64,000 bases of DNA. It comes from Deltaproteobacteria bacterium. GTDB taxonomy: Bacteria; Desulfobacterota; Deferrimicrobia; Deferrimicrobiales; Deferrimicrobiaceae. Under the pieces are notes generated by a model. That model saw only the letters and a list, made by a program, of their open reading frames with translations, had not been told where the DNA came from and did no database searches. The stretch lies in contig JBLNEW010000071.1 of NCBI GenBank assembly GCA_050263095.1, positions 30,175-94,174 on the forward strand, in the 5' to 3' direction. How positions within the stretch are numbered: the stretch's first letter is position 1; every line of letters starts with the position of its first letter. Positions 1 to 9,219 of this stretch are shown one piece after another. Both the position numbers and the translations under genes were made by a program.

Positions 1-1463
1 TTCCGCGCGGCCTTTACGAACAGCGACTCCACGTCAGGCCATGAAACGCCCGCGCCGCGCCCTTCGACGCGTATCTCGCCCAGCGGGAGGTCGCAGCGGT
101 AGACTGCCGCAAGCCTTCCTTCCGCGTCCGAGGGAAGCTTTCCGCGCGAGGCGTCCCCTCCCCCCGATACCCGGTATGAGAACGATCGCCTGATCTTTCC
201 GTAGGCGGCTTCCACGGCAACGACCGCCTCGCCCACGACGACGCGGAAGCGGACCCCTTCCGGCCGTATCGCTTCCATCTCCTTCCTGGCCCGGCGCGTG
301 ATCTCCGCGCGCCCCGCGCCTCCCACGCGGAACAGGAGGTCTCCGGGTGAAACGGGAAAGGGAACCGTCACAAAGAACCCGCGAGGGTCGGCCCGCATGG
401 AGAGAGCCGTAAACCCTTTTCCGGAGCCGTCGCTCTGGAACTGCACCCTGAGCCGGTCCCCGCGCGATACCCTCGCGTCCCCGGAAAGAAATGCCCACCC
501 GTCCCGCACTTCGCGTATCGCTCCAAGAGGCTCCCCCACGTTGCCGGTGCTTCCCCCCGCCACGACCTCGCCGGGCGACGCCCCTCCCGTAAGACCCCGC
601 GTCTCCTCCCGTCCCGCCACTTCCGAGAGTATCTTTCTTCCCTCGGCTACCCCCTCCGCGGGCTTCCCTTCGCGGATGCCGTCCAGTGCGATACGATAGG
701 CGGAGACCACGCCGGCGACGTACTCGGCGCTCCTCATGCGCCCCTCGATCTTGAACGCCGCAAATCCCAGCGGGACCAGCTCCGGCAGGATATCGATGAG
801 GGACAGGTCCCGGGTCGAGAATACTGCTTCCTCGCCCCCGCCGTGCCCGTAAAGACGACGGCACGGCTGTACGCACGCCCCGCGGTTTGCGGACCTGCCC
901 CCGAGATAGGAGGAAAAGAAGCACTTGCCCGAATAGGAATAACACATCGCCCCGTGCACGAATATCTCGACGGCGACCCGCGCCCTGGCCGCGATCTGCC
1001 GAACTTCGTCCAGGCGCAGGTGGCGCTCCAGGATCACCCGTTCGGCCCCGAGCCGCTCGAATTCCCCCGCCGCCGCGCACGAGGCGCAGCCGGCCTGCGT
1101 GCTGACGTGCAGGGAGATGCCGGGAAAGAACTCGCGCACGATTCGCATCAGTCCCAGGTCCTGCACTATGACCGCGTCCGGGAGGAGGTGGGACGCCTGG
1201 TGCAGCAGCGCGATCGCCTCGGGGAGGTCGGCTTCGGTAAGGACGGTGTTCATCGCCAGGTAGACGCGAACCCCGTGCCGCCGGGCGTGCGGGAGCACCC
1301 GGCACAGTTCCTCCAGCGTGAAATTATCCGCCCGCTCGCGCGCGCTGAACTTCTGCAGGCCGAGGTAGACGGCGTCCGCCCCGGCGGAAACCGCCGCGAA
1401 ATAAGACTCGACCGAGCCCGCAGGGGCGAGGAGCTCGGGAAACGGCGGTTTGTCGGCTTTCAT
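1..1463 (-). CDS. Peptidase U32 family protein (N-terminal ~487 codons; C-terminus runs off the left edge)
   Basis: Absent from the ORF track because the frame stays open to position 1. My translation from ATG (complement of 1461-1463) reads MKADKPPFPELLAPAGSVESYFAAVSAGADAVYLGLQKFSARE...VHGAMCYSYSGKCFFSSYLGGRSANRGACVQPCRR. This is the barrel plus Cys-rich signature I associate with U32 (collagenase-like) proteins. Track ORFs 34..1305(-) and 843..1523(+) are off-frame artefacts. Confidence 0.8.
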   Translation of the reverse strand, partial: MKADKPPFPELLAPAGSVESYFAAVSAGADAVYLGLQKFSARERADNFTLEELCRVLPHARRHGVRVYLAMNTVLTEADLPEAIALLHQASHLLPDAVIVQDLGLMRIVREFFPGISLHVSTQAGCASCAAAGEFERLGAERVILERHLRLDEVRQIAARARVAVEIFVHGAMCYSYSGKCFFSSYLGGRSANRGACVQPCRRLYGHGGGEEAVFSTRDLSLIDILPELVPLGFAAFKIEGRMRSAEYVAGVVSAYRIALDGIREGKPAEGVAEGRKILSEVAGREETRGLTGGASPGEVVAGGSTGNVGEPLGAIREVRDGWAFLSGDARVSRGDRLRVQFQSDGSGKGFTALSMRADPRGFFVTVPFPVSPGDLLFRVGGAGRAEITRRARKEMEAIRPEGVRFRVVVGEAVVAVEAAYGKIRRSFSYRVSGGGDASRGKLPSDAEGRLAAVYRCDLPLGEIRVEGRGAGVSWPDVESLFVKAAR

Positions 1464-1524
1464 GCGATTCGGGCCTTCTCTTTCCGTAAACCCTTGCCGG
1501 ACCTGGGGAATATCCCTCTTTAAG

Positions 1525-1552
1525 TTGACAATAATAATACATCCGTTAGACT
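1525..1552 (+). promoter_or_regulatory. Sigma-70-like promoter upstream of lemA (TTGACA-16 nt-TAGACT)
   Basis: TTGACA at 1525-1530, a 16-nt AT-rich spacer, then TAGACT at 1547-1552. It lies about 50 nt upstream of the lemA ATG in the divergent spacer shared with the U32 gene. Confidence 0.35.
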
Positions 1553-1603
1553 GGCCGGGGAATAGCGGCGCGGGGGTAAAAATCAGGCATTGGAGATGTC
1601 TGC

Positions 1604-2152
1604 ATGAATTGGATTCCGGCAATCCTGGCGGTGGCGGTCGTGGCCTGGTTCGTGGGAACCTACAACCGGCTCGTCCGGCTGCGCAACCAGGTCCGGAACG
1701 CGTGGCACCAGATAGAGGTGCAGCTGAAGCGCCGGCACGACCTCATCCCAAACCTGGTGGAGATCGTCAAGGATTACATGTCCTACGAGCAGGAGACTCT
1801 CGCACGCGTCGTCGAGGCGCGCGGGGCCGCCGTCTCCGCGAGGGGGACGGCCGCCCAGGCCAAGGCGGAGAACGCGCTGACCGAATCGCTGAAAAGCCTC
1901 TTCGCCGTCGTGGAGAACTACCCCGATCTCAAGGCCAACACGAACGTGGCATCGCTTTCGGAGGAATTGACCACGACCGAAAACAAGATCTCGTTCGCGC
2001 GCCAGTACTACAACGACTCGGTGATGACATTCAACAACACGATACAGTCCATCCCCTCCAACCTCATCGCCTCGGTTTTCGACTTCGAACCCTCGGAATA
2101 CTTCGCCGCGGGGGAGGGAGAAAAGGCCGTCCCGAAGGCCGACCTCCGGTAA
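1604..2152 (+). CDS. lemA: LemA family protein
   Basis: N-terminal TM segment followed by YNRLVRLRNQVRNAWHQIEVQLKRRHDLIPNLVE, the typical LemA signature. Followed by an HtpX-type protease, which is the usual pairing. Confidence 0.9.
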   Translation: MNWIPAILAVAVVAWFVGTYNRLVRLRNQVRNAWHQIEVQLKRRHDLIPNLVEIVKDYMSYEQETLARVVEARGAAVSARGTAAQAKAENALTESLKSLFAVVENYPDLKANTNVASLSEELTTTENKISFARQYYNDSVMTFNNTIQSIPSNLIASVFDFEPSEYFAAGEGEKAVPKADLR

Positions 2153-2170
2153 TTCACTCGGAAGGCCGAG

Positions 2171-3205
2171 ATGGCAGACGCCGGACGCAGCTGCCCCAAA
2201 TGCGGGACGCCCAATCCCGCGGGCGCAGCCTACTGCAATCTCTGCCAGGAGCCGTTTGCGAAGAAGGGCGTCTCCTCCCCGCGCCGCGTGCCGATGATTC
2301 CATTCAACGAAGCCGCCGCGAGCAACGTCAGGATGTCGCGATTTCTATTTTTCCTGCTGTTCGCCGCTTTCTTCGGGCTCGGGGGAGTCATCGGGAAGGC
2401 GTACGGCAGCGTGGAGCTGGGGCTTTCCCTCGCCCTCATCCTGTACGCGATACTTGCCTCCGCCGCCTGGTTCAGCGGCGAGTCCATCGTCCTGTCAATC
2501 CATGACGCCAGGGAAGCCGATTCGGCGGAGCACCGGCAGCTCCTGAACGTGGTCGAAGAGATGAAGATCGCCGCAGGCCTGCCGATGCCGAAAGTCTACG
2601 TCATGCAATCGCAGGGAATGAACGCCTTCGCCGCGGGAAGGAAGCCGGACGAAGCTTCCATCGCCGTGACCACCGGCCTTCTTGCCGGGTTGAACCGCGA
2701 GGAGCTGCAGGGGGTTGTCGCCCATGAAATGGCCCACGTGAAAAGCAGGGACACCCTGTACAACATCTGCGCGGCCATTCTCGTCGGCGCCGTCGCCCTG
2801 CTTGCCGACATGTTCCTGCGGGATGCGTTTTTCTTCCGGGGAAGGGGACGAAGCGGGGGCGGGGGACGGGGGAACGCCGCCTTCATCCTTCTTGGAATCC
2901 TGTTCGCCCTTCTGGCCCCCCTGGCCTCCCGGCTGCTCCAGATGAGCATCTCCAGGCAGCGGGAATACCACGCCGACGCAGTCGGTGCGGAGTTCACGCG
3001 CAACCCGCTCGGGCTGGCTTCCGCGCTGGAAAAGATCTCGCGGGGAGGAGCGGGGGTGCCGGGCGAGAACAGGGGCACGCAGCACCTGTTCATCGTGAAC
3101 CCGCTTCGCGCGTTCCCGGCCGAATCTTCCGCCCTGATGTCCACGCACCCGCCGACCGGGCTTCGCATCCAAAGACTCAGGGCAATGGCGGGAGAAGGAG
3201 GCTAG
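2171..3205 (+). CDS. htpX: M48-family zinc metalloprotease (HtpX-like) with an N-terminal zinc-ribbon
   Basis: HEMAHV zinc motif, multiple TM segments and a C-terminal STHPP motif. The N-terminus has CPKCGTPNPAGAAYCNLC (CxxC...CxxC ribbon). Confidence 0.85.
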   Translation: MADAGRSCPKCGTPNPAGAAYCNLCQEPFAKKGVSSPRRVPMIPFNEAAASNVRMSRFLFFLLFAAFFGLGGVIGKAYGSVELGLSLALILYAILASAAWFSGESIVLSIHDAREADSAEHRQLLNVVEEMKIAAGLPMPKVYVMQSQGMNAFAAGRKPDEASIAVTTGLLAGLNREELQGVVAHEMAHVKSRDTLYNICAAILVGAVALLADMFLRDAFFFRGRGRSGGGGRGNAAFILLGILFALLAPLASRLLQMSISRQREYHADAVGAEFTRNPLGLASALEKISRGGAGVPGENRGTQHLFIVNPLRAFPAESSALMSTHPPTGLRIQRLRAMAGEGG

Positions 3206-3207
3206 AC

Positions 3208-3423
3208 ATGCCGCGTAACGTGACGATCTTCGGTAAGGACGGCTGACCGTACACCGCAAAGGCTCGTAGGGACTACGAGAAGGCCGGTGCGCAGGTGGCG
3301 TACAAGGATGTGGAGCATGACAAGGCGGCCATGGCCGAGATGACGTCCGTGACGCGGGGTCGCCGCGACGTGCCGGTGATCCTTGAGTCCGGGAAGGTCA
3401 CCGTCGGCTACGGGGGCAGCTGA
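3208..3423 (+). CDS. Glutaredoxin-like small redox protein with an in-frame UGA (candidate selenocysteine) at the active-site position
   Basis: Not in the ORF track. ATG at 3208, TGA at 3244-3246, terminal TGA at 3421-3423. Read-through translation: MPRNVTIFGKDG[U]PYTAKARRDYEKAGAQVAYKDVEHDKAAMAEMTSVTRGRRDVPVILESGKVTVGYGGS. The glutaredoxin/NrdH-like layout is continuous across the UGA, which sits where the first Cys of CPYC normally lies. A hairpin follows the UGA. Confidence 0.6.
3252..3289 (+). promoter_or_regulatory. SECIS-like stem-loop downstream of the in-frame UGA
   Basis: CACCG(3252-3256)/CGGUG(3285-3289) form a lower stem, followed by an internal loop. CUCGUAG(3263-3269)/CUACGAG(3273-3279) form a perfect 7-bp upper stem with apical loop GGA. 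The loop starts 23 nt after the UGA and begins with G, which is compatible with bacterial SECIS geometry as I recall it. Confidence 0.5.
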
Positions 3424-3580
3424 GCGGTCTGACAGGCGCGGCCGTGCGCCGCGCAAACCGGGAAGCCGGGCGGACGCGCCTCCTCCGCGGGGCGGCGCTG
3501 CCCCGGCAGGGTTGAACGCCCGGCTCCCGCCGTGATATTCTTGGCGCTGTCCCATCCACTATCGCCGGAGGAACCCATCG

Positions 3581-4060
3581 ATGAAATTCAGCGAAGATGC
3601 GCTGAAGTACCTGAACCTCGGGATCGAGTCCGAGATCGCGGCGTACGTCTTCTACAAGCGCGCCCGGAAGATGGTCAAGGACGAATCGCTCCAGCAGATT
3701 CTGGACAAGCTTGCCATGGACGAGAAGGGGCACTTCCTCATCCTGGAGGGCGAGTTCGACGAGAACGTGCGATCCGAATGCTGGGCCCCCTACAAGGACA
3801 TTCTCGGCAAGGAAGGGCTTCCCGACATAGACGAACTCGTCCAAGAAACCCACAGGGAACTGCTGGGCAAGATGGAGAAGCTCAAGGGCAAGAAGGACGT
3901 CCTCGAGCTTGCGCTCTCGCTGGAGAAGGAGGCGTTCGCGCTTTTCAGCGACGCCTCCTCCAGGTCGAAAAGCCCGGACGTGAAGAAGGTCTTCGACCAC
4001 CTCGCGGCGTTCGAGAAAGGCCACGTGCAAGTGATCGAGAAGGAGCTCTCCGCGCTTTAG
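3581..4060 (+). CDS. Ferritin-like diiron protein (rubrerythrin/erythrin family, without a rubredoxin domain)
   Basis: Two half-sites each have Glu plus ExxH (ESEIAAY...DEKGHFLILE and EKEAFALF...FEKGHVQVIE), typical of the rubrerythrin four-helix bundle. There is no C-terminal CxxC pair. Confidence 0.7.
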   Translation: MKFSEDALKYLNLGIESEIAAYVFYKRARKMVKDESLQQILDKLAMDEKGHFLILEGEFDENVRSECWAPYKDILGKEGLPDIDELVQETHRELLGKMEKLKGKKDVLELALSLEKEAFALFSDASSRSKSPDVKKVFDHLAAFEKGHVQVIEKELSAL

Positions 4061-4094
4061 CCGTAAGAACAACGTAAAGGAACGGCTCGGATTC

Positions 4095-4126
4095 AAAAAA
4101 AAGGGGGCGGCCTGGCGGCCGCCCCC
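4095..4126 (-). terminator. Rho-independent terminator after the FadL-like gene (probably bidirectional)
   Basis: GGGGGCGGCC(4103-4112)-TGGC-GGCCGCCCCC(4117-4126) is a 10-bp GC stem. The A8 run at 4095-4102 gives a U-tract on the minus-strand transcript. It lies between convergent genes. Confidence 0.6.
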
Positions 4127-4158
4127 GCTGCGTTTCCCTGGCTTGCGCCGGGCGGCGC

Positions 4159-5526
4159 CTAGAACTTGTACCCCACGTCGAAAGCAAGCAGGTGCGCGTC
4201 GCCCTCCCATGTGCCGTTGAAGCCGGTGCCGGCGGTGCCGGTCGGCGACGTGGCCGTCTGGTTGTTTACGGTCCGGTCCTTCTTGGCCACGTAGAAATAG
4301 GACCCGTCGAACGTCCAGTTCTTGTACTTGTATCCGGCTCCCAACATGTAATTCAGACGGTCGGCGTCGGGCAGCTCGGGCCCCATGGTATCGGCGGGGA
4401 CGGGCGAGGGATCATAGGCAAATCCCACGCGCAGGGCGAGCGGGTCGGTCACCTTGTACTGGGCGCCCAGCCGCAGCGTCGCAACGTCTTTCCATTTCTT
4501 GGGAGTCGTGGAGGTGCCCAGGGCGGCGCTCGGCCCGGCGCCTATCAGGACGGTGGGAAGCTCGATGCGAAGCTCGTTGAACGAGCTCCAGAAGGTCCAG
4601 TCGATATCCGCCTCCACGGTCAGCCGGTCCGTGAAGTTGCATGCGATCCCCAGCGCCGCGGTCGCAGGCATTCTGACGACCGTCGATCCTTTCCCGGAGA
4701 ACGCCGTGGCCCCTCCGAACGCCGCCTGGGAGAGGGAGGCTCCGCCAAGAGCCGCCCGGCCGGCGGTTGAAATGGAGGAGAGGTCGACGTCCCCGTCCTT
4801 CAGCTCCAGGGTGAACGGGCTCCGGTAGCTGAACCCTACCTTCACGTTCTTCGACGGCGTGAGCAGCAGGCCGGCGTTGTAACCCCAGGCGTCGCCGTCC
4901 GCCTCCAGGTCCAGGAGGTACAGATTGTTCGTCGGGGGGGTCGCGGTATTATCGCCGATGGCGAAATTCACGGGGGTCCTCGCCAATTTCGCCTTTCCCC
5001 ACATCCAGTCGATCCCAGCCCCCACCGACAGGAATTCGTTGACCTTCCAGGCCACGGTGGGGTTTACCACGACCGTCTGGAGGTCGATCTCGGTGATCTG
5101 GTTCCTGAATATGCTGGTAACGCGGTTCTCGTATTCCTGTCCCAATCCGAATGGAGTGAAAATTCCGACTCCGTAGGCGAACGTGGGCGATGCCTTCTTC
5201 GTTATGTAGGCGTTGGGAACGATGAAGGTCAGGTCCTTCTGCGTCTCGGAAACCGAAAGTCCGCCCGTAAGCGGCGTGGTGCCGGTGAAAGTAGCGCCGT
5301 TTTCCCAGATGAATGTTCCGCCGACCATCACGTTCGTACCCTCGAGCTGGACGATGCCCGCGGGATTGAAATAGATCGCGGAAGGGTCGTCCGCCTGCGC
5401 GGTGAAGGCGAACCCCATTCCCATCGCTTTGGCCCCGGCCTCCGGCAGCCGGAAACCCGCCGCCGTCGCAGTCGCGGCCGAAAACAGCAGGACCACCAGT
5501 ACGGCCAATCCTCTCGCGATTCTCAT
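4159..5526 (-). CDS. Outer-membrane transporter, FadL/OmpP1/TodX family
   Basis: Signal peptide, then the GFRLPEAGAKAMGMGFAFTAQADDPSAIYFNPAGI N-terminal hatch motif. The body is beta-strand rich and ends ...FDVGYKF (aromatic terminus). Confidence 0.8.
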   Translation of the reverse strand: MRIARGLAVLVVLLFSAATATAAGFRLPEAGAKAMGMGFAFTAQADDPSAIYFNPAGIVQLEGTNVMVGGTFIWENGATFTGTTPLTGGLSVSETQKDLTFIVPNAYITKKASPTFAYGVGIFTPFGLGQEYENRVTSIFRNQITEIDLQTVVVNPTVAWKVNEFLSVGAGIDWMWGKAKLARTPVNFAIGDNTATPPTNNLYLLDLEADGDAWGYNAGLLLTPSKNVKVGFSYRSPFTLELKDGDVDLSSISTAGRAALGGASLSQAAFGGATAFSGKGSTVVRMPATAALGIACNFTDRLTVEADIDWTFWSSFNELRIELPTVLIGAGPSAALGTSTTPKKWKDVATLRLGAQYKVTDPLALRVGFAYDPSPVPADTMGPELPDADRLNYMLGAGYKYKNWTFDGSYFYVAKKDRTVNNQTATSPTGTAGTGFNGTWEGDAHLLAFDVGYKF

Positions 5527-5628
5527 CCTCCCCCCTCCTTATTTTGCTGGCGGAGGACACTCCTCGACTTGAAACCCGAAATGGGAATGTCCCCCTAGAG
5601 AAATTGCTTTAACATACCGATTTACATA

Positions 5629-7761
5629 TCAGGGGGCAACAGAAATAACAGACCAAAACAATGAATAATATTCATTGTCTCCGGGGGGGATCAGGACGGG
5701 GAAAAGGAGCCGCAGGCAGACGCCCTGGTGTATTTTCTCCGCGCCGGCCTCGGAAAGCGAGGCCGTCTCCACGGGGTAGCGCAGGAGGGTGAATTCCCTG
5801 TCCGCCCTGGCCTTGACCTCCACGTTGCGCCATGCGTCCACGATCCGGAATTCGCGGAGAGCGGCGGTCAAGCCGCGCGAGGAGAGCGCCGCGTCCTGGC
5901 CGATCCCCTCATACCTCCGGTCCGGCCCGTTCCCCGAAAGGAAGTTCAGGTTCCACTCCGAGACGAACCGGGCGGAGACGGTTTCCTTCCCCCGGTTGGC
6001 CATGCGATATTGGACGACGAATCCTTCATCCCCCGCATTGATATCGAGGATTTTCTCCAGCTCCAGCTCGATTCCCGGACCCGAAAGCTGCAGCTGCTGC
6101 GAAAGGACGATGCGGGAGCCGCTGCGGGTGATCTCCGCCTTCGTTTCCTTTCCCGCGGTGGCGCACACCGGATGGACGGAGTCGTCGAGAATCCGCTCCG
6201 GCGGATCCTCCTGCAGGTACAGCGCCTCCCTGAAGGATGCCCGCTGCCGAGTATCGACCGAAAGCGCCGACAGCACGGACGGGTCCTTTAGGACGATGAT
6301 GTCGTGGATGCTGGTCGAGCCGTCGAACGTCCCGCCCCCCCTGCGGAGCTTGCCGTGATATCCCTCCTCCCGCCGGGTCAGCACGTGGCCGAGCGCCACG
6401 CCCCGCTGCGGGAGCGATATCTCCGTTACGGCGCCGCCGTCGTGAGCATGGACCAGGAGCGTCAAGGCGGGGGTCTTAAGGAGTACCTCGGTGCCGCCGT
6501 CGAGATCGATATCGCCCTTGATCCCTTCCGTCCAGCCCGTCCTGCCTGCGTGCAGAACCCGGTCCGAGGCTTCCTCGGCCTTGAGAAGGTTCCCGTAGGC
6601 CGCCTCGCGCAGGTGGTTCAGGTACAGGCCGCCGAAGACCCCGTGCCAGTAAACGTCGTTGCACTGGGCCCGGTACAGAAAATCACGACCGGCCGCCTCC
6701 CCGCTTTTGCGCGCGGCCTCTTCCACCCTTCCGCTCACCCACCACATCCGCTTGTGGAGCTGGTTCGCCTCCTCGTATTTGCGCAGGAAGTTCCTGAAGA
6801 ATCCGCCCTGCACGAACGGCTTCATCTCCGCCATCCTGCCGGCGCGGAATTCGTGGAGCATGTCTCCGAACCGGGCCGCCCTGCCCGGCGGAAGCGCCCA
6901 TTCTCCCATCTCCGTATACGAGCACGTGGGAAGGTAGATCCTTCCCCGCAGCGGCGCGCGGGCGGCGTACTCCCCGAATGTCATGGTCGTCAGCCAGTCG
7001 CGCCTGGCCCATATCCCCTCGAAGAAGCGGCGCAGCCATCCCTCATCGTAGACGCTTTTGCGCGTCCCGGGCCAGACGCCGAGCTTCTCGCCGTCGTCCG
7101 CAAAGATGGCGGCGGGATAAGGGACCTCCCTCGACGTCATGCGCTCTATGGCGCGCAGCGTCTCCTCCACGTCCCCGAACGGGATCAGATACCGGAGGAG
7201 CTCGCTCCCCGGGAAGACGCGCACCGAAAATCCGCCTGCCTCGGTGAGCCAGACGCCGTCAAGTTCTTCGGGTCCCAGCCCCGCCCGTATGAAATGGTAA
7301 TCGTCCAGGGGAAGGTACTTCACTCCCGACGCGGCGAGCGACGCCGCCAGGTCCGGCTCCCAGACCCGCTCGGCAAGCCAGGCCCCTTCCGGCTCCCTGC
7401 CGAAACAGGCCCGCACATTCTCCGACAGCGCGCGTATCTGTCCCAGCCGGTCGCGCTCGGGCAGGAGCGCGAGGATCGGCTCGTACATCCCGCCGCCGAG
7501 AATCTCGACCTGCCCGCGTGACACCATTTCCCTTAAGAGCCGCAGGACCTCCGGGCTGTTGTCGGCGATCCACCGGAGGAGAAAGCCGGAATAATGGAGG
7601 CTCAGCCTGATCCCCGGAAAGCGCTCGAGGGTCTCGAGGAACGGCAGGTAGGAGTTCCTGCAGGCATCCTCGAGCACGAAATCGAAGTTGCCGACCGGCT
7701 GGTGGTTATGAAGGCACAGGAGCAGCGTCCGGGTCGGAGCCGGACCGGAAGAAGAGAGCAC
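5629..7761 (-). CDS. Glycoside hydrolase family 57 protein (alpha-amylase / 4-alpha-glucanotransferase type)
   Basis: N-terminus LCLHNHQPVGNFDFVLEDA...LSLHYSGFLLRW...EILGGGMYEPILALLPERD matches my memory of the GH57 catalytic domain. The long C-terminal extension is typical of the DUF1925/1926-containing forms. Confidence 0.8.
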   Translation of the reverse strand: MLSSSGPAPTRTLLLCLHNHQPVGNFDFVLEDACRNSYLPFLETLERFPGIRLSLHYSGFLLRWIADNSPEVLRLLREMVSRGQVEILGGGMYEPILALLPERDRLGQIRALSENVRACFGREPEGAWLAERVWEPDLAASLAASGVKYLPLDDYHFIRAGLGPEELDGVWLTEAGGFSVRVFPGSELLRYLIPFGDVEETLRAIERMTSREVPYPAAIFADDGEKLGVWPGTRKSVYDEGWLRRFFEGIWARRDWLTTMTFGEYAARAPLRGRIYLPTCSYTEMGEWALPPGRAARFGDMLHEFRAGRMAEMKPFVQGGFFRNFLRKYEEANQLHKRMWWVSGRVEEAARKSGEAAGRDFLYRAQCNDVYWHGVFGGLYLNHLREAAYGNLLKAEEASDRVLHAGRTGWTEGIKGDIDLDGGTEVLLKTPALTLLVHAHDGGAVTEISLPQRGVALGHVLTRREEGYHGKLRRGGGTFDGSTSIHDIIVLKDPSVLSALSVDTRQRASFREALYLQEDPPERILDDSVHPVCATAGKETKAEITRSGSRIVLSQQLQLSGPGIELELEKILDINAGDEGFVVQYRMANRGKETVSARFVSEWNLNFLSGNGPDRRYEGIGQDAALSSRGLTAALREFRIVDAWRNVEVKARADREFTLLRYPVETASLSEAGAEKIHQGVCLRLLFPVLIPPGDNEYYSLFWSVISVAP

Positions 7762-7763
7762 GG

Positions 7764-8174
7764 TCAGTCATCCCCCTCCTGCGCGAACTCCGTAAGGACG
7801 CCGAACGTCGACTTCGGGTGGAGAAAACCGATCTTCATGCCGTGCACGCCCACCCTCGGGGTCTCGTCGATCAGCCGGGCACCCTTCTCCTTCGCCCTGG
7901 CGAGCGCGGCGGCCGCGTCCTCCACCTGGAAGCACAGGTGGTGTATCCCCTCCCCGTTCTTCTCGAGGAACTTCCCGACGGGGCCTTCCGGCGAGGTCGA
8001 TTCGATCACCTCGATCGTGCTCTCCCCGACGCGGAACACCGCCGCCCGGATCTTCTGGTCGGCCACTTCCTCGATGCCGGCCAGCTCGAGCCCCAGGACG
8101 TCGCGGTAAAAGGGGATGGCGTCGTCGAGCTTGCGTACCGCCACCCCTATATGCTGGATCTTGCGTATGGTCAA
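7764..8174 (-). CDS. mce: Methylmalonyl-CoA epimerase (VOC/glyoxalase fold)
   Basis: IQHIGVAVRKLDDAIPFYRDVLGLEL...GEGIHHLCFQVED...GMKIGFLHPKSTFGVLTEF is the classic epimerase pattern. Length 136 aa. Confidence 0.85.
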   Translation of the reverse strand: MTIRKIQHIGVAVRKLDDAIPFYRDVLGLELAGIEEVADQKIRAAVFRVGESTIEVIESTSPEGPVGKFLEKNGEGIHHLCFQVEDAAAALARAKEKGARLIDETPRVGVHGMKIGFLHPKSTFGVLTEFAQEGDD

Positions 8175-8214
8175 GCGCCGTACCCCCTTCCGACTTCTCT
8201 TCCATGGGCCCGTC

Positions 8215-9219
8215 CTATTTCATCAATACCAGGGGGCGCAGAATATCGTAGGCCAGGTATCCCGCAGCCGCCGAGGCGGGAATCGTCAGGATCCAGGCCC
8301 AGACTATCCGCACCCCTACCGTCCAGTTCACTTTCCTGTGGCCCTGGGAAAGCCCCACCCCGAGTATCGCGGAGGTTATGACGTGTGTCGTGCTGATGGG
8401 GATTCCCATCGCGGAAGCGGTGAGAATGACGCCCGCCGACGACGTCTCCGCGCAGAAGCCGTGGACGGGCTGCAGTTTGACGAAATCCGTTCCCACGGTC
8501 TTTATGATGCGCCACCCGCCCATCGCGGTCCCTGCGGCCATCGAAGCCGCGCAGGACAGGATCACCCAGGGAGGGATGTGGAAGGTCTGGATCGCCCCGT
8601 AAGATGCGAGCGCCAGCGTGATCACCCCCATCGATTTCTGGGCGTCGTTGGAGCCGTGCGAGAACGCCATGAATGCGGCCGAAACGATCTGGAGCTTCCG
8701 GAAGCCGCGGTTCAACGGGGAAGGATGGTATCCCCGGAACAGCCAGAAGATTCCCACCATGATGAGGAAGGCCGCCACCGTCCCCACCAGCGGGGATATG
8801 ACGATGGCGGCGAGGATCTTGGTTATTCCATCCCACTTGAGGACGCTCAATCCCCGGTCCGCGATCACCGCTCCGATGAGCCCGCCGATGATCGCGTGCG
8901 AGGAGGATGCCGGGATCCCGTAGCGCCATGTCAGGAGGTCCCAGAATATGGCGCCGGCCAGGGCGGAAAGGACGACGACCTGGGTCACCTGCGACGGATC
9001 GACGATCCCCTTGCCGATCGTCGCGGCGACGTGCGTCGAGACGAGCGCGCCGACGAAGTTCAGGCCCGCCGCCATGACGATCGCGTTCCGGATCGACAGG
9101 GCGCGGGTCGATATGCAGGTGGCGATCGCGTTGGCGGTGTCGTGGAACCCGTTGATGAAGTCGAACGCGAGCGCCGCGGTTATGACCAGCGCAAGAAGCG
9201 CGAACGAGCTCTCAGGCAT
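8215..9219 (-). CDS. pitA: Inorganic phosphate transporter, PiT family
   Basis: GFHDTANAIAT and the repeated GSNDAQK motifs, a polytopic membrane protein. Overlaps by 8 nt with the upstream DUF47 gene. Confidence 0.9.
   Translation of the reverse strand: MPESSFALLALVITAALAFDFINGFHDTANAIATCISTRALSIRNAIVMAAGLNFVGALVSTHVAATIGKGIVDPSQVTQVVVLSALAGAIFWDLLTWRYGIPASSSHAIIGGLIGAVIADRGLSVLKWDGITKILAAIVISPLVGTVAAFLIMVGIFWLFRGYHPSPLNRGFRKLQIVSAAFMAFSHGSNDAQKSMGVITLALASYGAIQTFHIPPWVILSCAASMAAGTAMGGWRIIKTVGTDFVKLQPVHGFCAETSSAGVILTASAMGIPISTTHVITSAILGVGLSQGHRKVNWTVGVRIVWAWILTIPASAAAGYLAYDILRPLVLMK

Noticed and set aside
34-1305. 423-aa Arg/Gly/Pro-rich ORF, and the 843..1523(+) ORF
   Set aside because: Both are off-frame or antisense to the U32 peptidase frame, which reads coherently from 1463 to the window edge. 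Their composition (poly-R/G/P) is non-protein-like.
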